Assembly: GCA_963810095.1 (NCBI GenBank)
Contig: CAWEMM010000009.1
Span: forward strand, 1-64,000
From: an uncultured Chloroflexia bacterium
Lineage (GTDB): Bacteria > Chloroflexota > Anaerolineae > CG2-30-64-16
DNA length: 64,000 nt
Direction: 5' to 3'
Below, one piece after another: positions 21,507 through 32,967 of the stretch. The notes beneath the pieces are model-generated. The model had not been told where the DNA came from. It did no database searches and saw nothing but the letters and a program-made list of their open reading frames with translations. The position numbers were made by a program, and so were the translations under genes. Positions within the stretch are counted from its first letter, which is position 1. Every line of letters begins with the position of its first letter.

Positions 21507-22221
21507 ATGAGCTCAGCTCGAAAGACAGCGGTCATCACAGGCGTGCTGTTCATCCTTGCAACCCTCACAGGGCCTTTGCTGGCGACGCCGCTGATGCCGG
21601 ATCTGACCGGTGCGGATTACCTCGCCGAGGTCTCTGCGCAGCCGAACCAGGTGGCCGGCGGCGTGTTGCTCTGGATCGTCGCCGCTTTTGCCAGCGCCAG
21701 CATCGCCATCGCGCTGTATCCCGTCCTGAAGGAACTGAATGTGGGCGTGGCCCTCGGATCTGTCGTTTTCAGGGCGCTGGAGGCAACCTTCTATATGATC
21801 GGCCTCGTGTGCCTGCTGTCTCTTCTGACGCTCGGCCAGCGGTTCGTAGCAGCGGGAGCCGCTGATCGTGCGGTGCTGCAGGCTATCGGCGATTCGTTGG
21901 TGAGCGTGCGCGACCACGCCGGGCTGTTGGCAGTGTTCGCTTTCTGCGTGGGCGCATTCATGTACTACACCCTGCTCTTCCAATCACGGCTCATTCCCCG
22001 TTGGCTGGCGGGCTTTGGGATCGTCGCGATCATCTTGATGCTGGCGGCTTGCGTGCTGGCCACCTTCAGCGGCACTCGGATTACCAGCTACATTCCGTTG
22101 GCTGCGCCGATCGCCGTGCAGGAGATCGGTCCTGGGGGTCTGGCTGATCGTCAAAGGCTTCCATCCAGCGACGACCGCTTCCGAGCCGGCCAGGCAACTG
22201 TCACTAGGAGGACTGACGTGA
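21507..22221 (+). CDS. DUF4386 membrane protein; frameshift near 22127
   Basis: RKTAVITGVLFILAT, LYPVLK, SRLIPRWL..FG, QE-MVLGVWLIVKGF in the shifted frame ending at TGA 22219-22221. Confidence 0.85.
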
Positions 22222-23169
22222 AGGCCGTCGTCTACACACGCTATGGCCCGCCGGAAGTGCTGCAACTGGCGGATGTGCCCAAACCAGCGCCGCGTGACCA
22301 CGAAGTGCTGGTGAAAATCCATGCCACTACCGTCACTATCGGCGATACCATCATGCGCAGCTTCAAACTACCGAACGTCTCTGGCTGGCAAAAGTTCATG
22401 GCGCGCCTGATCCTCGGCTGGAACAAACCCAGGCGTCGCATTCTCGGGATGGAACTGGCCGGGGAGATCGAAGCGGTTGGCAAGAAAGTCACCCGCTTCA
22501 AGCCCGGCGACCCGGTCTTCGCCTCCACCTTCGCCGTCAATTTCGGCGGCCATGCCGAATTCAAGTGCCTGCCCGAAAACGGGGTGATCGCGTTGAAACC
22601 GGCCAACCTTACCTTCGAGGAGGCCGCGGCGGCGCCGGGCGCAGCGCAGACCGCCTGGCGCTGTCTGCGGCAGGGGCGCCTGCAACCCGGGCAGAAGATC
22701 CTGATCTACGGCGCATCCGGCGCGGTCGGCACGAACGCGGTGCAGCTTGCCAGCCGTCACTTCGGCGCGGACGTGACCGGCGTGTGCAGCGGCGCGAACC
22801 TGGCGCTGGTCCGTTCGCTGGGCGCCAATCAGGTCATAGATTACACCCGGCAGGACTTCACTCAGGCCGGCGCGGTCTACGACGTGATCTTCGACGCCGT
22901 CGGCAAACTGGCGCCGGCGCAGGGCAGGGTGGCGCTCAAGCCGGGTGGCATCTACCTCAACGTCCACGCCAACTCGGGCGGCGACGAAAAGCCGGAGACC
23001 CTGCTGCTGATCAAGGACCTGATCGAGGCGGGCAAGCTCAGGCCGGTCATCGACCGGGTCTATCCGCTCGAAGCAGATCGTCGAGGCGCACCGCTATGTC
23101 GAGCAGGGACACAAGAAAGGCAACGTTGCGATCACGGTGGGAAACACCCACCCAGCACCGGAAGGATGA
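22218..23169 (+). CDS. Zn-independent MDR-family NAD(P) oxidoreductase; frameshift near 23072
   Basis: [61 protein letters not shown]. Confidence 0.88.
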
Positions 23170-23174
23170 GCAAG

Positions 23175-24159
23175 ATGAAAGCGATTGTCTGCACCCAGAT
23201 ACGGCCCCCCTGAGGCACTTCACCTCCAAGAGGTGGCAAAACCTGCGCCCACGGCGGATGAGGTGCTGGTGAAGATTCATGCGGCCTCCGTCAATGCGTA
23301 TGACTGGCATCTGCTGACCGCCGACATACCCCTGGTGCGCCTCATGGGCGGCGGGTTGCGCCGGCCCAAGGTCGCGATCCCCGGCGTGGACGTCGCCGGG
23401 CGGATCGAAGCGGTGGGCAGCAACGTCAGGCAGTTCCGGCCAGGCGACGAAGTGTTCGGGGACATCTCCGCTTGTGACCGCGGCGGTTTTGCCGAGTATG
23501 TCGCTGTTCCAGAGAGTGCGCTGGCGCTGAAACCGGCCACGCTATCGTTTGAAGAAGCCGCGGCTGTGCCCATGGCGGCCACTACGGCGCTGCAGGGGCT
23601 GCGCGATGTGGGGCGCATCCAGGCCGGGCAGAGAGTGCTGATCAACGGGGCGTCGGGCGGGGTGGGGACGTTTGCGGTGCAGATCGCCAAGGCGTTCGGC
23701 GCTGAGGTGACTGCCGTGTGCAGCACGCGCAACCTGGACCTGGCGCGCACGCTGGGAGCCGACCGGGTCATTGACTACACCCAGGAAGATTTTACCCGCA
23801 GTGGGCAGACATATGACCTGATTTTCGCTGCCAACGGCTACCAGCCGCTCTCAGCGTACAAGCGGGCCTTAGCGCCCCAGGGCATCTACGTGATGGCTGG
23901 CGGCAAGCCGGGGCAGATTTTCCAGGCCATGCTCCTGGGCAGGTGGCTGTCGGAAAAAGGGGGTAAGCAACTGGGCGGCTTCACGGCGCGAGCGAACCAG
24001 GGAGACCTGCTTGTGCTCAAAGAGCTCGTGGAAGCGGGCAAGCTCGCACCGGTGGTTGACCGGTGCTACCCGCTGAGTGAGACTGCTGAAGCACTCCGGT
24101 ATCTTGGCGCAGGGCATGCCCGTGGGAAGGTTGTGATTACGGTGGCGCCCAGCAATTAG
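23175..24159 (+). CDS. Zn-independent MDR-family NAD(P) oxidoreductase; frameshift near 23196
   Basis: [41 protein letters not shown]. Confidence 0.9.
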
Positions 24160-24226
24160 CCCCGCCAGATTGCGCATTCGTTGCAGGCAGATTGAGACGG
24201 AGAAGCGCACGGAGAAGAGGGAAACG

Positions 24227-25077
24227 ATGGCAGTTGAATGGAAACCAAACCATATCAGCGCTGAGTACGATCCGCACGTTTCTGAGAGAGGGCACCTGAT
24301 CGCAGACGATCATGGGGGTCGTTGACCGCTCGTTCGATCAACCACTAAACCTCGAGGAGCGCGCCGCCATGCAACTCGCCGGCGGCATCCTGGGCAGCGG
24401 CTATCAATGCGGCATGCTGTGGGGCGGGGCGTTGGCTGCTGGCGCGCGGGCCTGTCGGCTCTATGGCGCTGGCGCTCGCGCGGAGTTCGCGGCATTGCTC
24501 GCAGCGCAGCAACTGGTGGCGGCGTTCCGGGTGCGGGCGAAGGACATCAATTGCGCTGAGATCACTGAGCTTGAGTGGAAGAAGTCGTCCGGTGGTCAGG
24601 TGGTCAAGTTTCTCGCCCGAGGTGGCCCGATCGGCTGCTTCCGCCTGGCCGGGGATTACGCCCAGATCGCGTTCGACACAATCAGCAATGCGCTTGGGCG
24701 ACCAGCCCACCGATCCGCCGGCGCGGCCGGTGAGTTGTACGGCGCTGCTGGCGCAGCAAATGGGCGTCTCAGACCTGCACGTTACCATGGCTGCGGCACT
24801 CGCCGGCGGCATCGGGCTGAGCGGCGGCGCCTGCGGGGTCTTGGGCGCCGCGATCTGGCTCGGGGCCATCGAAAGGCTCAAGAATGGCGGCCGCCTGAGC
24901 TTCGATCTCACGGCTCCTTCGCCGGAGTTGGAACGTTTCCTCGTCAGCGCCGATTACGAGTTCGAATGCGCCACGATCGTCGGCCGCAAGTTCGCGAACG
25001 CCGCCGACCACGCGGCTTATGTGCGCGCGGGCGGCTGCGCGCACATCATCACCGCATTGGCCGCGCCGGCAGCATGA
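24227..25077 (+). CDS. C-GCAxxG-C-C family redox protein (two domains), candidate selenoprotein with in-frame TGA at 24297-24299; indel near 24697, start uncertain
   Basis: TFLREGT*SQTIMG...LAGG...YQCGMLWGGAL...INC; second domain VSC...LAGGIGLSGGACGVLG...FEC; hairpin directly after the TGA. Confidence 0.75.
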
Positions 25078-25087
25078 AGGAACAACC

Positions 25088-25657
25088 ATGGACGCGAAAT
25101 TGATTGTCATCATCGGGTTCTCATACTTGTACGGGCTCTTCGAGGTCGTCATGAACCTGAGGCAGAGAGGCAGAAGCTCCGTTGCGACTTCGGGCGACAA
25201 AGGGAGTCTGCGGTTGTTGTACGCCCTCATCACCCTTGGCTACGCCCTATCGTTTGCGATAGGCGCAACACGAATCGGCAGGATGGCTCACTGGGATGTC
25301 TTCTTTGCGGTTGGCGTCGCAATAGCTCTGGCAGGACTGACGATCCGCGTGCTTTCCATGCTGACCCTTAAGCAGTACTTCACGTATTCCGTGGCCCAGA
25401 CCGAGAATCACCCGCTGATCGAAACGGGGCTATACAGGATCATCAGGCATCCCGGGTACTTGGGGCAGTTGATGGTATTCGCCGGGATCGCGATCGCTTT
25501 GTCGAACTGGCTAGCCGTGCTCCTGATGCTGGTTCCGATTGCGATAGGCTATGGCTACCGAATCCGAGTCGAGGAAAACTTCATGATCGAACACATGGGC
25601 GCGAGCTATCTGAGCTATCGCAAACGGACAAGACGCATGATCCCACTGATCTATTAA
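25088..25657 (+). CDS. Isoprenylcysteine carboxylmethyltransferase (ICMT/PEMT) family membrane protein
   Basis: GLYRIIRHPGYLG, RIRVEE, Y..YRKRT.RMIP. Confidence 0.88.
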   Translation: MDAKLIVIIGFSYLYGLFEVVMNLRQRGRSSVATSGDKGSLRLLYALITLGYALSFAIGATRIGRMAHWDVFFAVGVAIALAGLTIRVLSMLTLKQYFTYSVAQTENHPLIETGLYRIIRHPGYLGQLMVFAGIAIALSNWLAVLLMLVPIAIGYGYRIRVEENFMIEHMGASYLSYRKRTRRMIPLIY

Positions 25658-25669
25658 GGAGGTGTAGCC

Positions 25670-26374
25670 ATGGACCAGCCTATCATCGTGGCTCGCAACA
25701 TACATAAGACCTTCCGCAACGGCAAGATCGAGGTGCAGGCGCTGCGCGGCGTGGATCTGTCCATCGGGGCCGGGGAGATGGTGGCCGTGATGGGGCCTTC
25801 GGGGTGCGGCAAGACGACCCTGATTAATTGCCTCTCCGGCCTGGACAGCTTCGACTCGGGCGAGGTGGAGATCGAGGGCGCCTCCCTGCGGGCGATGAGC
25901 GACAGAGCCCGCACCAGCTATCGGGCCAGGCGCATGGGCTTCGTGTTCCAGACCTTCAACCTGCTCCCCGTCATCACGGCCGTGGAAAACGTCGAGTTGC
26001 CGCTTCTGCTCAGCCGCATCCGCCCCCGGGAGGCGCGGCAGCGTGCCCTGCGCGGCCTGACCGAGGTGGGCTTGCTCGATCGCGCGGAGCATCGCCCGGC
26101 AGAGCTTTCCGGCGGCGAGCGCCAACGCGTCACCATCGCGCGCGCGCTGGCCAGCCAACCCGCGATCATTTGGGCCGACGAGCCGACAGGCAACCTGGAC
26201 ACGAAGTCCGCCGCGGATGTGCTCACCCTGATGCGCGACCTAAACCGGGAACAGGGTCAGACCTTCGTGATCGTCACCCATGACCCCCATATTGGGGAGC
26301 TGTGCGACCGCGTCATCCGCATGCAGGATGGGGCGATCGTGGCAGATGAGCGCGATGCGGTGGCAGCGGAATAG
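25670..26374 (+). CDS. ABC transporter ATP-binding protein (LolD/MacB-like)
   Basis: [31 protein letters not shown]. Confidence 0.95.
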   Translation: MDQPIIVARNIHKTFRNGKIEVQALRGVDLSIGAGEMVAVMGPSGCGKTTLINCLSGLDSFDSGEVEIEGASLRAMSDRARTSYRARRMGFVFQTFNLLPVITAVENVELPLLLSRIRPREARQRALRGLTEVGLLDRAEHRPAELSGGERQRVTIARALASQPAIIWADEPTGNLDTKSAADVLTLMRDLNREQGQTFVIVTHDPHIGELCDRVIRMQDGAIVADERDAVAAE

Positions 26375-26382
26375 AGGCAGCC

Positions 26383-29300
26383 ATGTCTATTCCATTCGGC
26401 TCGGCGCCGCCCGCACAGGGGCCATCTTCCTCCTGGCCGCCGTGGCGCTGGTCCTGCTCTACCTGATCGTCATGGGGCTGAGCAACCGCACGATCGCGAA
26501 GCTCGGGGTGCGCAACATCCCGCGACGACGATCTCAATCGGCCCTCATCATTCTGGGGCTGACTTTGAGCACCATCATCATCGTCAGCGCGCTCAGCATC
26601 GGCGACACCCTCAGCTACTCGGTGCGTCGCCACGCTATCAATGCCTACGGCGACATCGATCAGGTGATCTCGCCGCCCTTGCTCTCCACGCTCGCCGGGC
26701 TCGCCACCGATGCGGCGGAGGGGGATAACCCTGCCGACGCGCTGGCCGGCACGGAACTGTCCGGCGTGTTGAACGGCGACCTGCTCAGCATCCTCAGCCT
26801 GCTCCAGCAAGGGTTGCCGGGCATCAGCGAAGCGCGCTACGCCCAGCTCCGCGATCAGGCCCTGGCCGACCCGGCCACTGCGGCCGTGGTGGACGGCATG
26901 GCGCCCTCTATCGCCTTCCCGACCATAATCCGGAACCGGAGCAACGGCCAGGGCGTCCCCCTGGGATTCATCGTGGCCGTGAACAACGAATACGACGAGC
27001 AGTTCGGGCTCACCACGATTGACGGCAGGCCCGTGCAGATGGAAGAGCTGCGCACGGGAGTGGGCAACATCTTTGCCGCGGCCGGCAATCTCTTTCGCTG
27101 GGCCGGCACCAGCGGGATCGATGTGGACAGCGTAGCCGCCTTCGTGGCCCAGGCCGGCGCGCTGATCACCCAGGGTCAGGCCAGGCCGGCGAACCGTCTG
27201 CGCCCTTGACCGGCACGCTGGAGTCCCCAGCGCCAGGCACCCCCACGCCGGGAACCCCGACCACGGGCAGGGGCCTTCCGGACCTGGCCGCAGCGGCGGC
27301 GGCGCTGGGCATCGACACGAACGCGCTGCTCAGCGCGATCAACCTGAACACCCTGGGCACGGAGATCGACCGTGTCCTGGAGCAGGTGGGACTCGAACTG
27401 CGCCAGGGCGATGTGTACCTTGAACCGGCTGGGCGCGGAGCAGCTCAACGCCCAACCGGGCGACGTGCTGGACATCTTCATTGGCCCCCTCCCCGTGCCC
27501 TTCCGGGTGCGCGCGATCGTGGAGCAGGCCGGCCCCCTGGGCGCGCTCAAGCCGGTGGTCATGCTGCGGCTGGATGAGGCCCAGGAACTGCTCTTCATGC
27601 CGGGGCGGGTGAACAATGTGCTGGTCTCAAATGCCGGCGATGCCGACACGGGCATGGCGAATACGCCTGCCGCGGCCCGGCAACTGCGGGCGCTGGCCCT
27701 GAACGACGATGCGCTCACAGAGTTGGTTGCCCTGCTACGGAAGCCGGACGTACTCGCTGCCATCGCGGCGGGAGCGGACGGCTCCGCCCCGCGCTCCTCG
27801 ACCAGGGGTTCAGATGAAGAGGACATGGCCACCTTTCTGGCCTTCCTAGGCGGGGGGATGAACAACCCAGCCCTGGGCGAGCGCACGCCCCGCCTGGTTG
27901 CGGAGTTGGCCGCGCCCGGCATCTCCCAAGAGCTGCGGGTGCTCGTAGCCCAGCCCGATATGCAGAACTGGCTGCGCCGCCTGCCCCTGTCGGGCGAGAC
28001 GAAGAATCGGTTGGAGGAGATCCTGGGCCGGATCAGCGACCTGGAAGTGCTGGATGTGCTGAGCAAAAACACGGTGGTCGCCGCGGCAGGTATCGGCGGC
28101 AGGGTCTTCACCACGGTCTTCAGCATCTTCGGCATCTTCTCCATCTTCGCCGGCGTGCTGCTGATCTTCCTGATCTTCGTGATGTTGGCGGCAGAGCGCC
28201 GCAGTGAACTGGGAATGGCCCGCGCCATCGGCATGCAGCGCGGCCACCTGGTGCAGATGTTCGTCTCCGAAGGCATGATTTACGACTTGGTGGCCGCGGC
28301 CCTGGGCGTCATCCTCGGGCTGGCCATCTCTTATGCCATGATCGGCTTTCTGGGTGGCCTCTTCAACACGGCGGCCCAGCAGCTCAACAGCGGACTGTCC
28401 GGCAGCCTCTTCACCTTCCGCTTCAACGTCGCCCCCACGTCTGTAGTGATCGCCTACGCCCTCGGCGTCCTGCTGACTTTTGCCGTGGTCATGGCCTCTT
28501 CCTGGCGCGTCAGTCGCCTCAACATCGTCTCGGCCATCCAGGACACGCCGGAACCGGACGGGGGCCGGCGGGGAGCCGCCAAGCTGATCGGGCGGGTGAT
28601 CACCGGCCCGCTGACTGTGGCTGTGGGGATATGGCTCGCCTTCGGCGCCAGGGGCGAACCGGCGGGCGCCCTGCTGCTGGTCGCGCTCTCCATGCTGCTC
28701 ATCGGTGGGCTGCTGAGCGTCAGCTGGGCGCTCACGGCAACATCCATGCGCACGGAACGCCGGCGCCGGCTGGTCTATTCGGCCATGGGCCTGGGCCTGG
28801 TGCTCATCTGGGGGCTGCCTTGGGCGAGCTTGCTGCCCGGCCGGGGCTTCGGCCTGCTGCAGCAAGACCCCCGCTGGACATTCCTCTCGCTGGTCATCAA
28901 GGGACCGGCGCTCATTGTGGGCGGGATCCTCGTCGTCATGTTCAGCGCAGACATCCTGTTGCAAGGAGTGAGCCGGGTGCTGGGCGGCATCGGCACGCTG
29001 ACGCCGGTGCTCAAGACCGCCATCGCCTATCCCCTCACCAGTCGCTTCCGCACCGGCGTGGCCATGGTCATGTTCGCGATGATCATCACCACCGTGGTGC
29101 TCATGTCCGTGGTCATCCAGGCGACGGAAAGCGTCGTCGCGCCAGACGCCAAGAGCAGCGCCGGGTTCGAGATCCGCACCTCGTTCGGCCTGCTCAGCTT
29201 CTTCGACCGCGTAACGGATCTGGCCGGGGAACTGGCGCGCATGGAGGACGCTCCCCGCGCGGAGGTGGCCGCCGTGGGGGGCATCGTCAACCGGTCGATC

Positions 29301-30368
29301 GACGCGCGCCAGGCAGGCCCGGGCCCGACCGGCGCGTGGCATTCTCTCTCGCTGACGGGCATGGACGAAGGCTTTATGGCCCAGGCCCGTGGGATCTACA
29401 CCTTCCAACAGCGAGCGGCCGGCTTTGCGGATGATGCCGCGATCTGGCAGGCGCTGCTGGAGCGCGACGACGTCGCGATCGTCACCCCGCTCCTGGTGGC
29501 GAATCCCGACAGCAGGTACGCAAGCCAAGGGGACGGCGGTGGCAACGATTTGATGGCCGCTCTCGGCGGGCTGGCCGGGGAGGCCGGCACTCAGGATGCG
29601 GCGCCGGCCACCGATGATGAGCTCAGCTTCCGGCTGGCCGGCTTCACCCGGGCGGACGATCTGCCCGAGGTGTGGTTGGAGCTACGGGATGAGTCGGGCG
29701 GACAGGTACGGATCCACCGGGTGCAGGTGATCGGCGTGCTGTCGGACATCACCACGGTGAGCATGAACGCGATCCACGTCAACAGCCGGGCGATCGCCGC
29801 CACCACCGGCCAGGCAGTGCCGCCGGACACCTTCTTTATAAAGGTGACTCCGGGCGCGGATGCGCGGGAAGTCGCCCAGGCAGTCGAGCGCGCCTTCCTC
29901 AACTCCGCACTGGACGCGACGGTCATCGCAGACAGCTCCGCGCAGGGCCAGGCATTGACCCGCGGCATTTTGCAGTTGTTCCAGGGGTTCCTGGCCCTCG
30001 GGCTGCTGGTGGGAATCGCCGCCCTGGGCGTCATCAGTGCCCGCACGGTGGTGGAGCGCCGGCAGCAAGTGGGCATGCTGCGCGCCATCGGCTACCAGCC
30101 TGAAATGGTCGCGCTCTCCTTCGTGCTCGAAGCCAGCTTCATCGCCCTGGTGGGCATCGGCCTGGGCACGGCCACCGGCATCCTGATGGGCCAGGCCGTC
30201 ATCGGCCAGCTCTTCAGCGTCATCACGGCCGGGCGCACCCTGGCCGTGCCGTGGGGCCAGATAGGGATCATCGTTCTGGCCGCGTACCTGTTCTCGCTGC
30301 TCACGACAATCCTGCCCGCCATACAGGCCTCGCGCATCTACCCGGCGGACGCGCTCCGCTACGAATAG
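26383..30368 (+). CDS. Large FtsX/MacB-type ABC permease; frameshifts near the 5' end, near 27200 and near 27420
   Basis: GVRNIPRRRSQSALIILGL, AAERRSELGMARAIG, VVERRQQVGMLRAIG, ASRIYPADALRYE. Confidence 0.85.
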
Positions 30369-30629
30369 GGCGCACCCGCCGCAGAGCGCGTCGCGGCTTC
30401 GCGGCTTCGGCGCTCCCGGTGTCGGGCACCGCGCTCCACGCCTCGCCGGCTTCTGCTCAACGCAGGGTGGCGAGGCTGGGGGACGCGGTATTGCAGTTAC
30501 GTCGGTTGGCCGCGGCTGGAACTCGCGCCAGGGCCGCGCGCCGGTACCCGCGAGGGCTTCCGGAGTCACCGTGTCGGCGTCGGGGCGTTCACCACCTCGG
30601 ATTCGAGCATGGCCACGGGGTAAGGACCG

Positions 30630-30830
30630 GTTACGTCGCATTTTCAGGCCGCCAGAGATAATGCCGCCCGGTCCGATGAGCCTGGTGGGCAGGCCCAGCA
30701 CGCGCAGCCCCACCAGGGCGGCGCCGCCTGTCCCGGCCACGATGAGGAACTGGCGGCGGGTGATCCGGCGTTTCTTCTGGTGCGGCTCGGTTGCCGCGCT
30801 TACATCGGTTGCGGCGGGCAGCTCGCTCAC
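30630..30830 (-). pseudogene. N-terminal remnant of a Tat-exported molybdo-hydroxylase large subunit (3' boundary approximate)
   Basis: Overlaps the 2Fe-2S gene stop; ITRRQFLIVAGTGGAALVG twin-arginine signal, after which the frame runs into unrelated or antisense sequence. Confidence 0.6.
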
Positions 30831-31312
30831 AGCCCACCCTCCTGGCCGGCGATCTCAGCCGCCCGCGCCACCGCGCGCTTGATGCGCGGGTAGGCGCCGC
30901 AACGGCAGAGGACCTGATCCACGCCGGCGACGATCTCGGCCTCGCTAGGTTGGGGATTGCTACGCAGCAGCGCCACCGCAGTCAGCATCTGGCCGGTCAT
31001 GCAGTAGCCGCACTGGTGGACTTGTTGTTCCTCGAAGGCCCGCTGCACCGGATGCAGGACCGGCGCGCCGTCCGGACCGGGGTGCGCGAGGCCCTCGAGG
31101 GTGAGGATGGCCTTACCCGCCACGGTCGAAACCGGGATGATGCAAGAGCGGGTGGGCTGGCCGTCCACGAGGACCGTGCACGAGCCGCACACGCCGATGC
31201 CGCAGCCGAACTTCGTGCCGGTCAGGCCCAGCTCATCGCGCAGCACCCAGAGCAGGAGGCGGTCGGGTTCGGCGTCCACCGTATACGCCCGGCCGTTGAT
31301 CGTTAGCTCCAG
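30827..31312 (-). CDS. (2Fe-2S)-binding small subunit of xanthine dehydrogenase/isoquinoline oxidoreductase family
   Basis: ELTINGRAYTV, GTKFGCGIGVCGSCTVLVDG, QCGYC, LCRCG; AAGGAG precedes an in-frame CTG at 31312. Confidence 0.92.
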   Translation of the reverse strand: MELTINGRAYTVDAEPDRLLLWVLRDELGLTGTKFGCGIGVCGSCTVLVDGQPTRSCIIPVSTVAGKAILTLEGLAHPGPDGAPVLHPVQRAFEEQQVHQCGYCMTGQMLTAVALLRSNPQPSEAEIVAGVDQVLCRCGAYPRIKRAVARAAEIAGQEGGL

Positions 31313-31394
31313 GACGACTCCTTCGTGGCCGGCGGCGCTCGTAAGCTCGCATTCGCCTGGCTGGCCCCTACTAACCGCCTGGCGGTGCAGCGGA

Positions 31395-32456
31395 TCACGC
31401 AGCCGCGCCGCCGACCTGCGGTTTCGCGTCCTCGTCCCTGGGCCGGCGCACTTTCTTCGCCACCCACAGGCCGCCGCCGAAGATCAGCGCCAGAACGACA
31501 ACGGCGAGATACTCGATCACCGGGATGCGGACGATCTCGTTGAGCTGGGCCCAGCCGCGCTGGCTGTACACCAGCGTGACGCTGACGATGTAGACCACCA
31601 GGATCAGCCACTTCTGCCACAGCCTCAACCCCAGCCCGTGCATCTGGGTGATCACGAAAATGCCGGCGAAGCCGAAAAGGAACATCGGCCAGATGCCATT
31701 GCCCTGCATCACGGCCACCAGCGTGCCGTGGATCATCACACTGAGTTCCATCAGCACCGTCCACCACCGGTTCACATGGATGCGGGTGAAGAACAGGCTG
31801 CCTTGCAGCATCAGCAGGAACATGTACAAGAAGCCGATCAAGTGGCCGCTGGTGTTCACCATGGGGTGATACCAGAAGGTGTAGATCGTCGCCCATGCGA
31901 AGAAGTAGCCGTGGTACTTCCGCGCGAAGCGGATGATCTCCTGCTTGATCGGCAGCTTCTTGCCGCCGAACATGCCGCGCCGGCTGTTCTCCATCAACAG
32001 GATCCAGACCAGCAGCACGATCACAGAACCCTGCGAGCTGAAGATGCTCACGTCCTGCGCCAGGCCATCGTACCAGATGTGGGTCTGTACGAAGTGCAGC
32101 AGGATGAAGAAGGCGCTTGCAGCCAGCGCCCACAGGTTGACCTTGTGCAGCCCGGTCGTGTAGCGCAGATTGCTCCTCTGCGCATACCAAATCAGGCCCC
32201 AGATCACGAGCTGGTGGGCCAGGTAGAAACCCCAGGCGGTCGCGCGCGTGAGCCACGTGGGCGCCGCCAGCTTCCAATAATACCAGGACGCGCCCTGGTC
32301 GGGCAGCAGGGTGATGCTGTTCAGCCGCTCGCCGGCCAGCCAGATGATGGCAACAAAGACAAAACTGAAGGCCACGCCGGCCCAGAGGGCGATCAGGTCC
32401 TTGCGAGGCGGTTTGGGCGGCTCGGCCGCGGCGATGGGTTGTGCGGAAGCTGTCAC
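31395..32456 (-). CDS. Uncharacterised polytopic membrane protein, His/Trp-rich
   Basis: About 10 hydrophobic segments; HQ, HFVQTHIWYDGLAQD, KYHGY, FWYHP, GH, IHG, QMHG. Confidence 0.8.
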   Translation of the reverse strand: MTASAQPIAAAEPPKPPRKDLIALWAGVAFSFVFVAIIWLAGERLNSITLLPDQGASWYYWKLAAPTWLTRATAWGFYLAHQLVIWGLIWYAQRSNLRYTTGLHKVNLWALAASAFFILLHFVQTHIWYDGLAQDVSIFSSQGSVIVLLVWILLMENSRRGMFGGKKLPIKQEIIRFARKYHGYFFAWATIYTFWYHPMVNTSGHLIGFLYMFLLMLQGSLFFTRIHVNRWWTVLMELSVMIHGTLVAVMQGNGIWPMFLFGFAGIFVITQMHGLGLRLWQKWLILVVYIVSVTLVYSQRGWAQLNEIVRIPVIEYLAVVVLALIFGGGLWVAKKVRRPRDEDAKPQVGGAAA

Positions 32457-32868
32457 AGGCTTTTCTCTCAGGGTAAGGCGAGGAGGTGTCCGGTTGGACG
32501 GTCGCTAAGTAAGTGTTCAGAAGTCCTTCGAACGAGTCACGGGCGTGTTACCCGTGGGCGGCTTGAGAGACTTGTGGCCACCTGCTTAGTTTAGCACACG
32601 TTCCAGAACCTGCCTATCGGCACCTCCGATCGGGGCATTTCACCTGCTGCGGACCGCTGCTCCGGCTTCATGGGCGCCTAGCAGGCGCCCATCGGCTCTC
32701 CATGCTGACACTCGGCCGTCAAGACCGCCACCGATCTTCACGGGCGGCAGGTTGCTGTCGCGGAGGATGGCGTCAAGATGGCGTCGAGCGGCTCAGTACC
32801 CCAAGGACTAACTGCGGGCCGCTGTGGGTTGAGATTGGATGCACGGTAACATCAAACCCTAGACGCGC

Positions 32869-32901
32869 ATGCATAATGAATGCATAATGTTTGTATAAGG
32901 A
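32869..32901 (+). promoter_or_regulatory. Three tandem 11-bp direct repeats upstream of the fasciclin gene (candidate operator)
   Basis: ATGCATAATGA ATGCATAATGT TTGTATAAGGA; TGYATA cores at 32870, 32881 and 32892. Confidence 0.55.
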
Positions 32902-32967
32902 ATGGAGCGACAGGTGAGCAGTTGCCTGTGCAACATCCATACAGGCTATCAGAAGGAGATATACCAG

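Noticed and set aside
21507-23213. Apparent 568-aa DUF4386-oxidoreductase fusion in the ORF track
   Set aside because: An indel near 22127 explains it; the shifted frame gives the normal DUF4386 end and the oxidoreductase has its own GGAGG-GTG.
32951-32966. agaaggagatatacca matches the T7 gene 10 / pET ribosome-binding region
   Set aside because: Flanks are not vector-like (no T7 promoter, lac operator or tttaacttta) and two extra bases precede the ATG; treated as a coincidentally strong native RBS.
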